From Utricularia gibba (taxonomy: Eukaryota; Plantae; Magnoliophyta): a stretch of DNA of 64,000 nt. The notes below the pieces were generated by a model. That model worked only from the letters and a program-made list of their open reading frames with translations. It searched no databases and was not told the origin of the DNA. Made by a program: the position numbers and the translations under genes. The stretch covers positions 5,270,001 through 5,334,000 of the forward strand of contig NEEC01000002.1 of NCBI GenBank assembly GCA_002189035.1, read 5' to 3'. Shown in pieces: positions 51,440 through 64,000 of the stretch (position 1 is the first letter of the stretch; each line of letters opens with the position of its first letter).

Positions 51440-53170
51440 AAAAGTATATGATATTTCTTCTTCAATTTCTTCTACTCACTCTTGTTCTTACTGTTCTTCC
51501 ATACCATTATCATTTTTCATAATTTGATTTTCAACATTGCATTCAACCATATTGGATACATCAAATCCGTGTCAAACAAACGGGTCATCTCATAAAGAGG
51601 AGATATTAAATTCCAAAATATAGTCAATATTATGCCAAAAGAATCATTTAATAATATGTTTTTAATCTTCTTTGCTTTAACTTTATCACTTTTACGTGGA
51701 CTAGTCCACTCCTCTTCAACTACCATTTTCTTCATAGAACTTGCAATTTTTTTGAATTTTCATAGCATCACAATAGTTGAGGCAAATGAAGTATCAACAA
51801 TACAAGGTAACTGCAAGCTTGAGTATTGTGTAAACATGTGATAAACAAATTTTTTTTAAAATCGTTGCAATAAATAAAATCTTCATATCAAATCAAATTT
51901 ATAAGCTCTAATCAATGTAAAATACAAATTTAGAAAACTTGTATTGTGGATTTTGGGATTGATCACAAGGACCTGGTGCTTGCAAAATGTTTTAGTAAAT
52001 GCAAAATTCAGAATAAATGTTGTTATTAATCTAAGTTCAAACTAATAACAGTAAACAAGTTCAATAAACAATATTTATATATTCACAACTTTAAACAATT
52101 CAAATTTACCCAAGCCATTTCTTATATTTTCGGCTAAGATAATCCTCAATATCATCATCAATTTTGCAATAGAGTCTACTCACATACAAAATATATAAAA
52201 CTAAGTCTATCCGATTCTATTATCCTCAACTTCATGTATTAGTTTATCTCTAAATCAAACATTTGAGTTATAAAACTATTCATTTACTCCCTTCAAGTCT
52301 ACTCATGTAATGATAGAAATGAAAACTAAGATACATTGATCAAATCTCCTATCAACCCTAGCTCTAATTATCATGCTATACCTTAAGGTATTCCTAAGAT
52401 CTAGCTACTCATACTTGGATGATAAAACATAATATCATTAAGATGAAATAGCAAAAGTATCAAAGTCATCGTGAGAAAGTTAATCACATAAACTTAAAAC
52501 ATTCAACAAACAAAAAGAAATAAAGATTGTTCTACTTCCTATTTGCTACAATTCATGGCCTGAAATAGTAGCATTGAATTGAATCTTGGGTATTGTTCTT
52601 GAGGATATGAGTCTTCTTCTTCGAGAGAATCTCCTTCTTCTTCTTTTCTGGTCGGTGTTCATGTTCTTGCTAGGGAAGCCCACCTTCTCGATTCTCTTTC
52701 TTCTCTAAAAAGATCTCTCGTTTATTTCATTGCATTGTTCCTAACACTAATACTGTTTTCGACTTGAATTTGCAAATTGCAGGTGGCAGAATAATGCTTT
52801 TTGTCTCCCTTCGGATGTGTATCCTTTTCTACTTATTCCATACATCTTTAAATCTGATTTATTGTTAATCCTCTTGTTAAAATTAATTAAACATCAGTAA
52901 CAAAAGATGGATTAAATCACAGAATTTAATCCACTTTTTAATATAAACACAAATTTAAGCTAAATAGCATATAAAATATTAAAAACGACACAAATCTAAT
53001 CCAAACCACAACAAAATATCATAATTTGGTATTATAAAATACCAAAAAAATATGTGTCATCAATATACATAATCTCATAATGATGAAATTCCTAATCATC
53101 CCAATGCAGCCCACTATTTCACTAATCCAATGACACATATTATAGATGAAAGCGTGTCTTTCTTAATTCA
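51440..53170 (-). mobile_element. Decayed hAT (Tag1/Tip100-like) transposase fragment interrupted by a solo LTR
   Basis: Minus-strand WISEI..MIRNFI..MRL | MFTQYSSLQL..VDTSFASTIVML..EEW..KIKNILLND..PLYEMTRLFDTD reads continuously across the LTR insertion. Confidence 0.6.
51839..53062 (-). mobile_element. Athila-like solo LTR
   Basis: Termini TGATAAAC...TGTGTCATCA, colinear similarity to 11717-13105, and a degenerate 5-bp TSD ACATG/ATATA. Confidence 0.75.
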
Positions 53171-56100
53171 CTAGAAAACTATGATTTTACCTTTCAACAT
53201 GTGTGGAAAACTTGTAGAAGATGGTTTAGAGTGTGTGTGAAAGTGGTTTGGTATTTGAATCTCTATTCATATTTAATTTCGAAAACAAATGTTTTTATGT
53301 GAATTGAATTTATAAAATCTATTTGATATAAATATTTACTTTTATAACGATTTATCAAAAATTTTCATTTATCAACATCTTCATATTGATAATTCAAATT
53401 AACTCAAATATACATTAAAATTAAAACAAACTAAAAACTAAAGAAAACACATTACCTATCATCTTGCATATAATGTACGCCTCCAAAACACCTTAGATGC
53501 ATGACGCATTTGCCCAAGGTGGACGCACCCAAACAAAAGTATTGAACCATGAACCGAATGACCCGAAGAACCCGCCCCGAAATGGATGTCTGACCTCTTG
53601 AGCAGTTGTAGAGGAGTGATCTCTTACTCACACATCATAATGAATGTTGTTATCATCTCTAGCGACTGAAGAATGAAACGAGTAAGAAGCACTTGCATAT
53701 CTTGCAATACCATCTCATTGAGTGAGTCAAATGGGAGTTGAAAATCGCATTCCATATGAATAGAGGCCATAGAGAACCCAAATCATTTCTTCACATAAAT
53801 TATTATCTAATTAAATAACACAATTACTTATTTACATAAAAAACAACCTATAAATAAAAACAGGTTGGTGTGCAAAAATCATGTCTTTAATAAGGCAAAG
53901 TTTTACTTATGTAAAAATCATTTCTTTGCATAAAAAATAATTTTTTTAAAGAACAAATCATTTAGTTTAAAAAAGAAAAAGGTTTTTTTAAACAAAAAAC
54001 CATTTATTTAAATAAAAGATAATTTGTTTAAAATAAATATAACAAATCCTACATAAAAATCGTTTTTGACCAAAGCAATACCTTGGTTGCAAAAGGAAGA
54101 GAATATTCATATTTATGATTACTTTTAAAAATTAAGATAATTACTATTAATGTATATTAAAATGGATTATATATTTATTCATTAAATAAATATTATGATT
54201 CATAATATTGAAAAAAAAATAATTCATTATTTACACATGTAAAATTATCGGATATTTAATTATATTAAAAAATATAATTTATGCTAAATTTGTATAGTTT
54301 TTTTTTTTCAGAAAATCTAATTCGAACATTGGTTATGGCTCATATATGGTGAAGTGCGAACGTATGGGAAGTCTACATAGCGGAGTGGTTTATGATGTAA
54401 CCCACACCCATATGCCATGTACTGTGGAAAATCTGCTACATGTGGGTGATGGATGACATATTTGACATTTGTAGTAGATTCTTTTCTAACTTTACAGTTT
54501 ATAATACTAATTCATATTACAATAGACTATTTTCTTATTTATTTGAAAATATCATGCTTCATAATATTGAAAAAATATAATAATGATTTACATATATGAA
54601 TTTATTAATTGTATTAAAATATTTTATTATTAAATAACAAGACTATTCTTCAAATAATTATTTCACAGTGGCCTAGTTTGACAACGCAACTTAATAAATA
54701 TTATTATAATTTTTTTCTAGAGGATTTGCTATTCTGCAAATAATTATTGGATAAGCCTATTCTAGAAATAATAATTTTATAGAAGTCTAGTTTGCCAACG
54801 GAGTTTAATATTATTACCATTTATCCTAAAGGAGGGCTTTGTTTGCTCCATTGATTATTGGGCAAAAGTGTGCTAGTTCTTGGAAACAAACTTAAATAAA
54901 AAAATTACAATAGGTGTGGAGTAATTACTACAAAGAAAAATCCCATAACTCACAAATCAACAAAATTACAACTGAATACCACACAAACATCCAAATAAAA
55001 AAATCCCACAAACCCATATGCAAATATTCTTATGTTACTTGCTGTTTTAATTATTAATGGTATCAAATAAAAAATGCCCAAATTATGTTTTTTTATAAAA
55101 AGAAATATTGCAAACATAAAGTATTACACATGGGTTCTTGCTTGGAATTTTCCCTGAATCAATCAAATATTGTTGTGGTATGTGACATAAGTATTGGGGA
55201 AATTGCACTACAAATATCTAATATTTATCATTTTGGTAAAGCTAGTCTCCACTATTTAATATAAATGATATAATTGGTTTCCAATTTTTTAAGTATTCTT
55301 AATCCCTAATATTTAAATAATGGATACAATTAACTTCCATTATTTACAACTTTGACATGATTGGTGTTCATTGTTTGAATACTCCACATATTTAGGACTC
55401 AAATAAACTTCCCATTAAAGTTTCCAATATTCTAGTTTTTAGTACAATTAGTTCCCAATATAAATATAATTTTTTACAACAATCCCGTCGCTCATTAGTC
55501 ATATCCGATGCATTGCCCGCAATGTATAGATGTGACCCAGTGTCATTGGCTGTCACTGTGTTCATGTGATTGAGTTTTTGTATTTTAGGAATGCATGCAT
55601 GCATACACAGTTGGAAACTAATTATTCCAAATAGTGTGGAATATTTATATCAAATTGTTGGGAACCAATTTTGTTAATTTACTAAAGAATGTTGTTATTC
55701 TTTTCAAATAATGAGAATGAACAGTAAATTGTGGGGATTAAGTTTGCTAACATTCGAAGCTTTGGAGACTAGTGTGTATAAAGTATTATACATGGATTCC
55801 TGCATGAAATTATTGGTGCAGCATTAAATAATAACCACATAAAATATTTTTCAATAAAATAATAACATTTTGTAACCATTATGATTTATGTATTGCATGT
55901 CTAGAAGTAATACAATTATTTTTGGGCCATTTTTTTTGTAAATACATACAATAATGAACATAGTTATAAAATATTAATATTATTTATATTTATTAAAAAT
56001 ATATAATTTAATCACTATATATATATTAATTACTTAATTTACATTTATTAAAATAAAATCATAAAAAATCATGTTTTTTTAAAATTTTAAATTCTTGAGA

Positions 56101-56421
56101 TTGACTATCTTAAAAATAACCCAATTTTCTTGTGTGCCTATTAGTTATTACCATTACAATAATTAGCAAATAATTCCCCCATTTCCTCCGGGTCGGGGCC
56201 CAACAAGCCCCTTGCTACTCTAATGGCTTTTTCCCAGTAAATTATGACCTTTTAAACATTGTGTTAAGTCAAATCCATAATATACCACGAGTTCATTTCA
56301 GTATACATAAGCAGAGTAAAGCAGGGCTGGTGAGTGGTGACCATCCAAGACTATATGCAGTGCAACAAGAGCTTCTGATCCGTAGCTCCGGAGCATCCCC
56401 AGTTCAGTTAGTAGCCATTTT

Positions 56422-57725
56422 TCACACCTCAACTCCAATCCTTTCAGCAACCTGAAACAACAAAGCAAGACAAGATTCAGCCCCGGAGGAGGAGCTACCA
56501 ACGGTTGGTGACCAAAGTAGGTACGGTACCTCTTTGAATGAGTTGGCATCACTTCCCCAGAGCCAGGCATCGCAGCCAGCATCCCTAGCGCCCCACAGAT
56601 CGTTTCTCCGATCATCACCCACATGCACAGCATCCTCCGGCTGCACCCCCAAGTACTCGCAGGCCTTCAAGAATATCATGGGGTTTGGCTTCTCAGCGCC
56701 AACCTGGTTGAGGAATGAGGAAGTCGTTTAAGAGATGACTTTTGAGTGATTGATTCTTGGAAATGATGCACTTACTTCAGCTGAAACAGCCACAGCATCG
56801 AACCAGTGATCGCAATTCAGTGCACTCAGTAACGGCCTCAGCCTCGTATCAAAGTTGGAAACCACGGCTACTTTCACACCAGCTTTTCGCAGAGCCTCAA
56901 AAGCCTTTCCAGCATCTGGATCACAGAGGTGCCAAGCCTGAGAAAGTGGCATATGAACAACATGTACTTAGCTAGAATTTCATTGAAATTATCAAGTGTA
57001 GTTGGTGAATTTTGTTACACAATCATCTAACCTTGTCGGTCATGTAGTAGTTATAGAGCTCTTCGAAGTACTCGGGATCCGAGCATCCCGTGGAAGAGCT
57101 CACTATGTGCTGCCAAAAGGGCCTTCCATCGTTCACATATCTACACATCATAAACAGAAATTAACATAGGAACATATCGAGGAAGGCACAATAGTGGTTC
57201 CTCCAGCTATGCATACAAAAAAGAAATTAACCTGCGGTAGGATCTGCCCCAAGGCTGCGCATAAGCTGATCTGTATCTGTTAAGTATCTCACTTTCAGAG
57301 TAGTTTACTCCATATTTTTCACCAATCTTACGGTAGATCTACATAAGTAGAAAAGAAATACAGACATCAGACAGATACACCCAAGTACTGATTATACTAA
57401 TTTTCCAGATATAGAGTACCCAATAAATCCCACAACATAGCGAGGCATGAGAGGAATGTTTTGAGCTAAAAATGGATACCTTAGCCGTGGGCTGGGAAGG
57501 TACAAGTAGGGTACCGGCAACATCTACAAGAAGAGCCTTATGCGTGAGCCCACCGCACAATCGCCTGCGATACTCTTCGTAGTCTTCAATCATACCCATC
57601 ATTGGTGACCCACTGAGCACCTCAGCGGCGGAGGTAGAGAGCGGCGAGTGTCTGTTGAAACAAAAACTCCCCGATTTGGAAGAAGCTGAGAATTTGGTGA
57701 TCAGGGATCGCGCAGAAGAACCCAT
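56422..57725 (-). CDS. HAD-superfamily hydrolase, HDHD3-like (At2g41250-like), with organellar targeting peptide
   Basis: THKALLVDVAGTL (motif I), VVSNFDTRL (motif II), EKPNP (motif III), HVGDDRRND (motif IV) and C-terminal VAERIGVEV. Exon 1 is 57480-57725; stop at 56422-56424. Confidence 0.94.
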
Positions 57726-58374
57726 ATTCCTAATTCTGCAGGGATTCTGTTTACATTTTTCGCTTCACTGTTAACCGTGAAGAAAGAGCAGCGATTCACT
57801 TGGATGAGAGCAGTGGTTCGTCCTCAGCTCAGGCGAATCCATTCCGATGCAATGCTTTAAATCGAATAGAAGATGGCGTGAGATTCTTGCAGGAAAAGTT
57901 TGTGGATGCAAAGCATTCTCCTCGTGCAACATCAGCCACAGACTTTTGACGCAGACTCGGCGCCACAAATTTTGCGTTGGGAGTTGGACCCAGCCATGTG
58001 TCGAGGATTCTTACAAATCAAACCGCGGCCCAACTGGCGTCAGGATCCTGAATTAGATTCGGGTAGCCGTTGATAAGAACGATCGCTACAGTTATTAGAG
58101 GTAGAAATAACAAGACACGTTTCTTGGTTCCTATAGACAAGTGTAGAGTGACAACATAACTTTATCCATTCAACTCGTCCACACGAATAGTCTACCACGT
58201 GTTTACCGTACTTTAAGACATTCAAATTTAGACCATTTTAATTTTGCTAAAAACAGTAACTTGGAGGGGATGATGGAGGTTAGATCCACATAACTTGGAT
58301 CATCTTTTTATATTTGGTGTAGTAAACATATAACGGTGTGTTTGGTTTTATAGTATAATTAATAATATATTTAA

Positions 58375-58378
<4 letters not shown>

Positions 58379-58412
<34 letters not shown>
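58379..58412. repeat. (AT)17 microsatellite
   Basis: Directly visible. Confidence 0.95.
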
Positions 58413-58416
<4 letters not shown>

Positions 58417-58879
58417 TTATTTATATTATGTAATTAAGATAATATTATATTCTATAAATGTGTTTAAAATAAATACCTTATAAATTGGATTGTTTAGCAA
58501 AATTTACCTAAAGAATATTACGGTAGTTTTGAAATACCTTAGAATGTGAATTTTGAAATATCCTATTCGAAGTGTTTTATGATAGTTTTGTAGGATAGCA
58601 TATTCATGTATTGTTAGGGTTGAGGAGGTATGGGTTTCTTGGGTTTGAAATTTTGGGATTTTTTCGAAAAAACTCATTTTTTTAAATATAATTAAATTTG
58701 GATTTTTTCATAAAATATATTTTTTATAATGATAAATTAGTTTTAATATTATCAAATATTATATATTAATATGATTTTATGTATAACTATTCCCTCAACA
58801 CATCATTCATCACTATGACCATTTTCTCATCTACTCCATTCATTCAAACTTTCTTTATGCTAAGGGAATTGAAGGTTGA

Positions 58880-59600
58880 GTTCTTTAGAAAAAAAAATGT
58901 CTAAGCTCAAGATGAAGACGATGTTCTTATAGATGTGAAAAGCATTAATTTTTTAGGAGCCATTAAACAGCCTGAAAGAAAAGTAGATGAAGTTTGATCT
59001 CCATTCATCGAGTTCGCTACTCCACAACGAGAAGATTCTTCAATCTGTAAGCATTGCAAATTGACAGTAATATATCGATATAAATAGGAACAAGCTTTTC
59101 ATTCAATCAATGATGATAAAACCTGTAAATGAGCATCCGCTCTAGTTGTAGTCAAGAAACTCAGGATCTTCTAACAAGAAACAAAAAATGATGCTAAGTT
59201 TAAGTTCTCAAGGGTTGATTAAGCAATTCATGCTTTCAATACTATCACAATGAGAGAAGTAAAATATTGTGCTCAGTATTGCATTGTATTATTTTATTAC
59301 TAGAAATTCTTTTCATAGAATTCAAGAAACTAATATCCCTAACCTTTTTTTCTATGTCATCCTACTATTGAGTTATCTCATAGGAAAAAGTTGGTAGAGC
59401 TATTGCTAGACAAATGCTATGAAATGGTTAAAGCTCAAGTTAACTTGAAAATACAGAAAGTCAAGTCAATATTCTACTTCTTGAGATCGGATGACCAGAA
59501 AAATATTAAAAATGATCCAATCATGAATTACATGTTGATTAGTGGTAATTCTTCTTATTTTTTAAGCAGATGATTGATAGAAGAAAAATTCTAAAGATAT
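58880..59600 (+). mobile_element. Highly decayed hAT fragment (BED zinc-finger region)
   Basis: ERKVDEV*SPFIEF...ICKHCK..Y.YK*..S near 58975-59100 resembles an hAT BED finger. Boundaries are uncertain. Confidence 0.45.
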
Positions 59601-60452
59601 CACATGTCTAAAGGTTTTTCTCATCAAAATATGTTTATAAAACTGAACAAGCATTTTATATCACATTCATTAAGAAAATAATGTAGTAATGGAAAGTTCA
59701 AAAACACGAGCATGTTCATGTAATTAAGCACAGAAGAAAAGTGCATAAAGTAAAATGTTTGTTGAAGTTTCCAAGTCAACTTATTCTTGTGCAGACTGGT
59801 TCTGAGGTCTTGCTGGAAGATTCCTTTTGTTCTGCTATCGTTTTGGGCGATGGATGTAACTCTAGTGTCACTCTAGAACTGTTTCTGTCATCTTCTTTGC
59901 ACAGACAGATTGGCCGTGTTACAGGGCACCAAGCGTTGAAGGTGGGTTATGCTGTCATGCTAGAACTATTCTTTCTTCAGCTTCTCCCCTAAAATTGCTT
60001 CTAACTCATCGGAAAAACCTCTTCTAACATCTAAAATCTCTATTCTCTCTCTACTCAATTGTGTCTGCACCTCTTGCATACCTTGGGGTGGCTCAATTTC
60101 TCGTTTCTTGTTTTCCACTACTTGTGCTATCTCCTCGTGCATGCACATACATATTTTTCATTTTGCCCCTAAACTAATAAATACTGCATGGTGGTCAAAG
60201 TGCGCTGTCCAACCCAAATGAACTGTCCGTCTCTACGCCTGGATGAATAGTAAGTTCACCCCAACAAGTAAATTAATGCAAAATAGATCCAAAACATGTT
60301 TTTACACATACTAAATTTACTAACACTAATTTTGATGTTTTTATATATTTTACCTCATTTCATTCCTTATCTTAACACTAAAAATACCACAAATATAACT
60401 AACTTTAACTCAACATCAATGATTTAAGCAGAGTGATTGAAAATCAATTAGC

Positions 60453-63400
60453 CAGAGGTAGGAATGAGCGTGGTGCATGTTTGAGGTGTGTTTGATCAAA
60501 CCCGTACCCATCCCATCTTTTTTAAAGCCAAATCCAAACCCGATTCTCCCCTCCTATGGGTTTACTTTTTAAATTCATATATGATCTATCAGGTAATCCA
60601 CCCTATTATGAGTATCCATCACATTAGTTCTTCTTTTGAAATAAAAAATATAAGTAAACAATTTTACGATTCAATGGAACTATTATTAACTTGACATACA
60701 TGCTCTTGAGAGTCAAAGTTTTACAACCTTTTTGTCTCTCTTCAAAATCATGCATGAGCTAATAATTAACATACCAAAAAGTTGGACAAAAAAAGTACAT
60801 TCATAAAGATTTAAAGTTAATACAAAAAAGTTATATATTTTTTGATCTTCTTTTTCATATACTAAGATCTCCTCCTTGCATTCCTCATCTTTCAAAAATG
60901 TTACAAATAGAGTTAATATAGTCATAAATCCTAAAATTACGTCATCCAATCATAATTATTCAATAATAAATAAAATAATAAATAAATAAATATTGATTAT
61001 AAATAGTGTATTACCTTTTTCATTGGATATCTAGTTTCTTAAAGAAACCAAACCTTGAAGTAGAGATAAATGTAATTTATTCCAATGTGGATTAATGATC
61101 CAACCTCTTGTGCTAAAATTTGATTCAGAAACCATTGACGAAATAGGGATAACTAACATATCTATTGTAATTTTTTGAAAAGTTGGATATTTCACTCCAT
61201 TTGTTTTACACTAATCCAAAATAGCAAAATTTTCAAATAGCGGCAGAACATCATCATTCAAGTAGTAATTTAACTTTAACTTGAACTTAGACTGGTTGCT
61301 CTTTTTAGAGCTAACAAAATCAGTTTAAGATTGCATATATGAACCAACTCTAAAACTAGATCTTTCAATTGATGAAAATTTTTTCTTTGTACTTTCATTT
61401 TGTCTTTGATATCCCAACAACATTCTCAAGCAAATGTTCACAATTTTTTCAACATGAATATTATTCTCCTAGCCATAAAACTTCTCATAATATAATTCTC
61501 AAAGATATGATTTATGTCTAGGTCTAACAATCAAACAACTACCACAATACCATGAATCATATTTCAAAATTTCATAAATTTATCAAATATCTTAATTGTC
61601 ATATCCCTTGTCAACTCATCATGATGATTAATCTATTTGTTTAAGGCCAATATGATTTCACATAATAGGGAAAAGAATAAATTTGTAGTTGGATAACATG
61701 TCACTAAAAAAATTTATTAAATGTTAAATCTAAAAATCATGAGTATAATTAAAAAAAAATATTTTAATAAGATATACTTGAAAATAATTTTGTAGTCTAA
61801 TGAAAATTCTCAATTTTTCACAAACTTTGGAAGCAATCAACCAATCTTCATTTAATAACCTAACTTTATATTTTGGATCTCTTTGTTCTAACTTATAGAA
61901 AACTTCTTTATAGGAAATGACACTTTCAAGCCTAAGAAATATTGAATTCTATCTAGTTTTTACATTTAAATATATTTTTTCCTAGATATTGATATTTTCA
62001 AATGACGTGTCATTTCATCAAATTTCTCCTTTCTTATTAGTATTGATGACCAATATGCTACACCTTCATAGATTTTTTCTATTTCTCTCCCAATAGTAGT
62101 CATGTAATCTTGAACAATGAGATTTAAAATATAAGATACACATCACATATGGACATAATCACCATCTAACAACAATATACCACTACTAAATCGATTCACT
62201 ACTAATTCAATCATCCCAGTGTTCACTGAACAATTATCTAAAGTAATAACGCAAATATTTCTATCAACATTGCAATCTATCAGAGATTGAAATAAATATT
62301 ATTATTTAACTTCTTTAGCATGAGGGTCAGCACACAACAAAATCTATAACATGAAAAGATGAAATATAATGACAATATGTTAATAAAAATTAGAATATAA
62401 TAAAGTAGTGTACCTTAAAACTTTATTTTGTAGTATCGAATTATCATCAATGTAGTGTACTATTATTGTCATATATTTTTTGGCTTGATGATTTACTGTT
62501 CACATATCCATAATAATGGAAATTTTACCTTCACATGCTTCTAAAATATTCATAATATCAACTCTTGTCCTCTTGTACATGTTCTGAATATCTTTACAAG
62601 GTGTTCTCCTACTTGGCATTTTAAATAAAGACCGTAAACTTGCTACAAAATTTCTGAACCTTTTATAGTCAACCATAAAAAATTGAATACTCATGTAAGA
62701 TAATCGTCTTAACTAACTCTTTTTTAGAAATTTACTGATCAAACATAGAAGAAGTCACCCTTGTTTTATCATCTGTTTTTCTTTGTTTTACCCTAAGCTT
62801 GACGAATATCTGATTGATTCCCAAGCTTTTTACACTTTTGAGAATGTTGCCTCAAGTGTAAAATTCCACTCTTTGGTTCTGAAGTAGGTGATGATAAGCA
62901 ATAATTGCAAATTGTCTTCCACTTTTCATCAATTTGTATCTTTTTGAAATGCTGTCAAACCTAACGTGTCAATTTAGAATGATCATACTCATCATTCTGC
63001 TCTATCTCTTGATTTTTTGTTAAATGAGTACCAAATTTTGCTATATTTTTAGAGTATTGAATATCCGGTCAAATTATAGAATTTTCTTCATTTAAAGCGA
63101 TACCATTGAAATTGAAAGTAGAAACAACAAAGTGAGCACGAGAAGATATTGAGAAAAGAAATCTCACTTTCTTTGATTTGAAAAATAAATTATTAAATTA
63201 ATACAAAAATATAAAGAACTGTAAAGCTAAAAAAAGAAACTCATTCCATATTCCAATGATTATAAATTTGGGTCTTTTAATGGATGAATTTAATGATCTA
63301 ACCCACTAAAGAGCAAAAAAGAATAATTATTATCGTTGCCTTTGAAACCTTATTCACAAGCAAGAAGAGGTGGGAAATTAAAAAAGGAAGATATAAATAC

Positions 63401-63822
63401 AATGAAAATTGTTTGTGATAGCTTAGTTATCCAGTCTTTATAATTTTCAACCTACCAATTTGCATCACAACCTACCTCTAAGTTAGCTTCTATTGTAGAA
63501 CATTGTCCTCATTTTTAGAGAAAAGAAAATTGAAAACTAATATGGAAGGGAAATACGGTAATAGAAAAAATATGAATTTTTAATAGAGTTGCTCAAACCC
63601 TATGTCATGTACTTTTCAATCCACATAAAATTTATTACAATTATTTTTTTTTTTAAAAAAACATGTTTGTGAATTGGGCATGCAGGGCATCCCCACCCCA
63701 CACCAACATGGTTTAAGATTTTAAAATTCATATTTGCTCCTTATTCATGAAAAATCTGACCCTTACTGGTTGGGTGGGGGCAGGTATCCAAAGGTTGGAT
63801 TTTTTGCCCATTCCTAGCCAAA
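60453..63822 (-). mobile_element. Decayed Ac-like hAT transposon
   Basis: BED finger CNYC..KSGILHLRQH..C near 62830-62915; EDWLIASKVCEKL and CYPTTNLFF..EIILAL..KF in 61550-61860; dimerisation-like DMLVIPISSMVSESNFST near 61100-61170. ACCCG subterminal repeats near 60500. Candidate TIR core TAGGAATG(A/G)GC at both ends; no clear TSD, so the ends are tentative. Confidence 0.7.
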
Positions 63823-64000
63823 GAATTGATAATTTGTGTTGTGTTAACTAGTAATACAATTACAAACAAATCTGTATGGTGAATTTTCCAGCAAAAATAT
63901 TCTACAATGTATTTTCAAGGATGTGTTTGTCATAATTACATCTTCTCAAGGATATTTTTGACGTCTCCAAAGCCCAACGTGGGAGACCAGTTTCTAATTA

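Noticed and set aside
11717-53062. Two similar Athila-like LTRs in the same orientation as the ends of one giant element
   Set aside because: They are clearly diverged and have different flanks. The first is followed by its own internal region, the second has its own TSD, and ordinary host genes lie between them.
53456-53710. Exon-like GC-balanced island (similar one at about 38010-38200)
   Set aside because: It has internal stops and no family I can recognise; probably transposon debris, so left unassigned.
57500-57540. HAD motif I reads DVAGT rather than DxDxT
   Set aside because: Plant HDHD3-like proteins normally have DAVGT or DVTGT, so this is not a novel loss.
5775-57725. Possible biosynthetic gene cluster (GDSL pair plus neighbouring enzymes)
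   Set aside because: The neighbours are unrelated housekeeping or regulatory genes (NMD, respiration, auxin, spindle checkpoint, tRNA modification); there is no pathway coherence.

Overview
Angiosperm nuclear DNA. AT-rich, transposon-rich intergenic tracts separate compact intron-containing genes. Genes: two tandem GDSL esterases (5775-7742, 9047-10472), UPF3 (-), cytochrome c (+), ARF1-type auxin response factor (-), MAD1 (+), a DTW-domain protein (+), a P-class PPR protein (+), a TSJT1/Wali7-like protein (-) and an HDHD3-like HAD hydrolase (-). Transposons: four decayed hATs, a Copia gag fragment, a TIR/TSD-bounded MULE carrying a nested Athila-like fragment, a TAR-like Copia lacking RT/RNaseH, an Athila-like solo LTR and a Tourist-like MITE. 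Most notable: (1) GDSL copy 1 lacks the catalytic His, carries a long Ser-Pro3 extensin-like C-terminal tail and has two homopolymer frameshifts, while its intact paralog keeps a possible Pro-rich vestige behind its stop codon; (2) a self-priming-type PBS in the TAR-like Copia; (3) a predicted NMD-feedback 3'UTR architecture in UPF3; (4) uORF-rich leaders on ARF1, the PPR gene and the HAD gene. No prokaryotic-type systems, rRNA, tRNA or CRISPR arrays were seen. All calls are from manual reading; no database searches were run.
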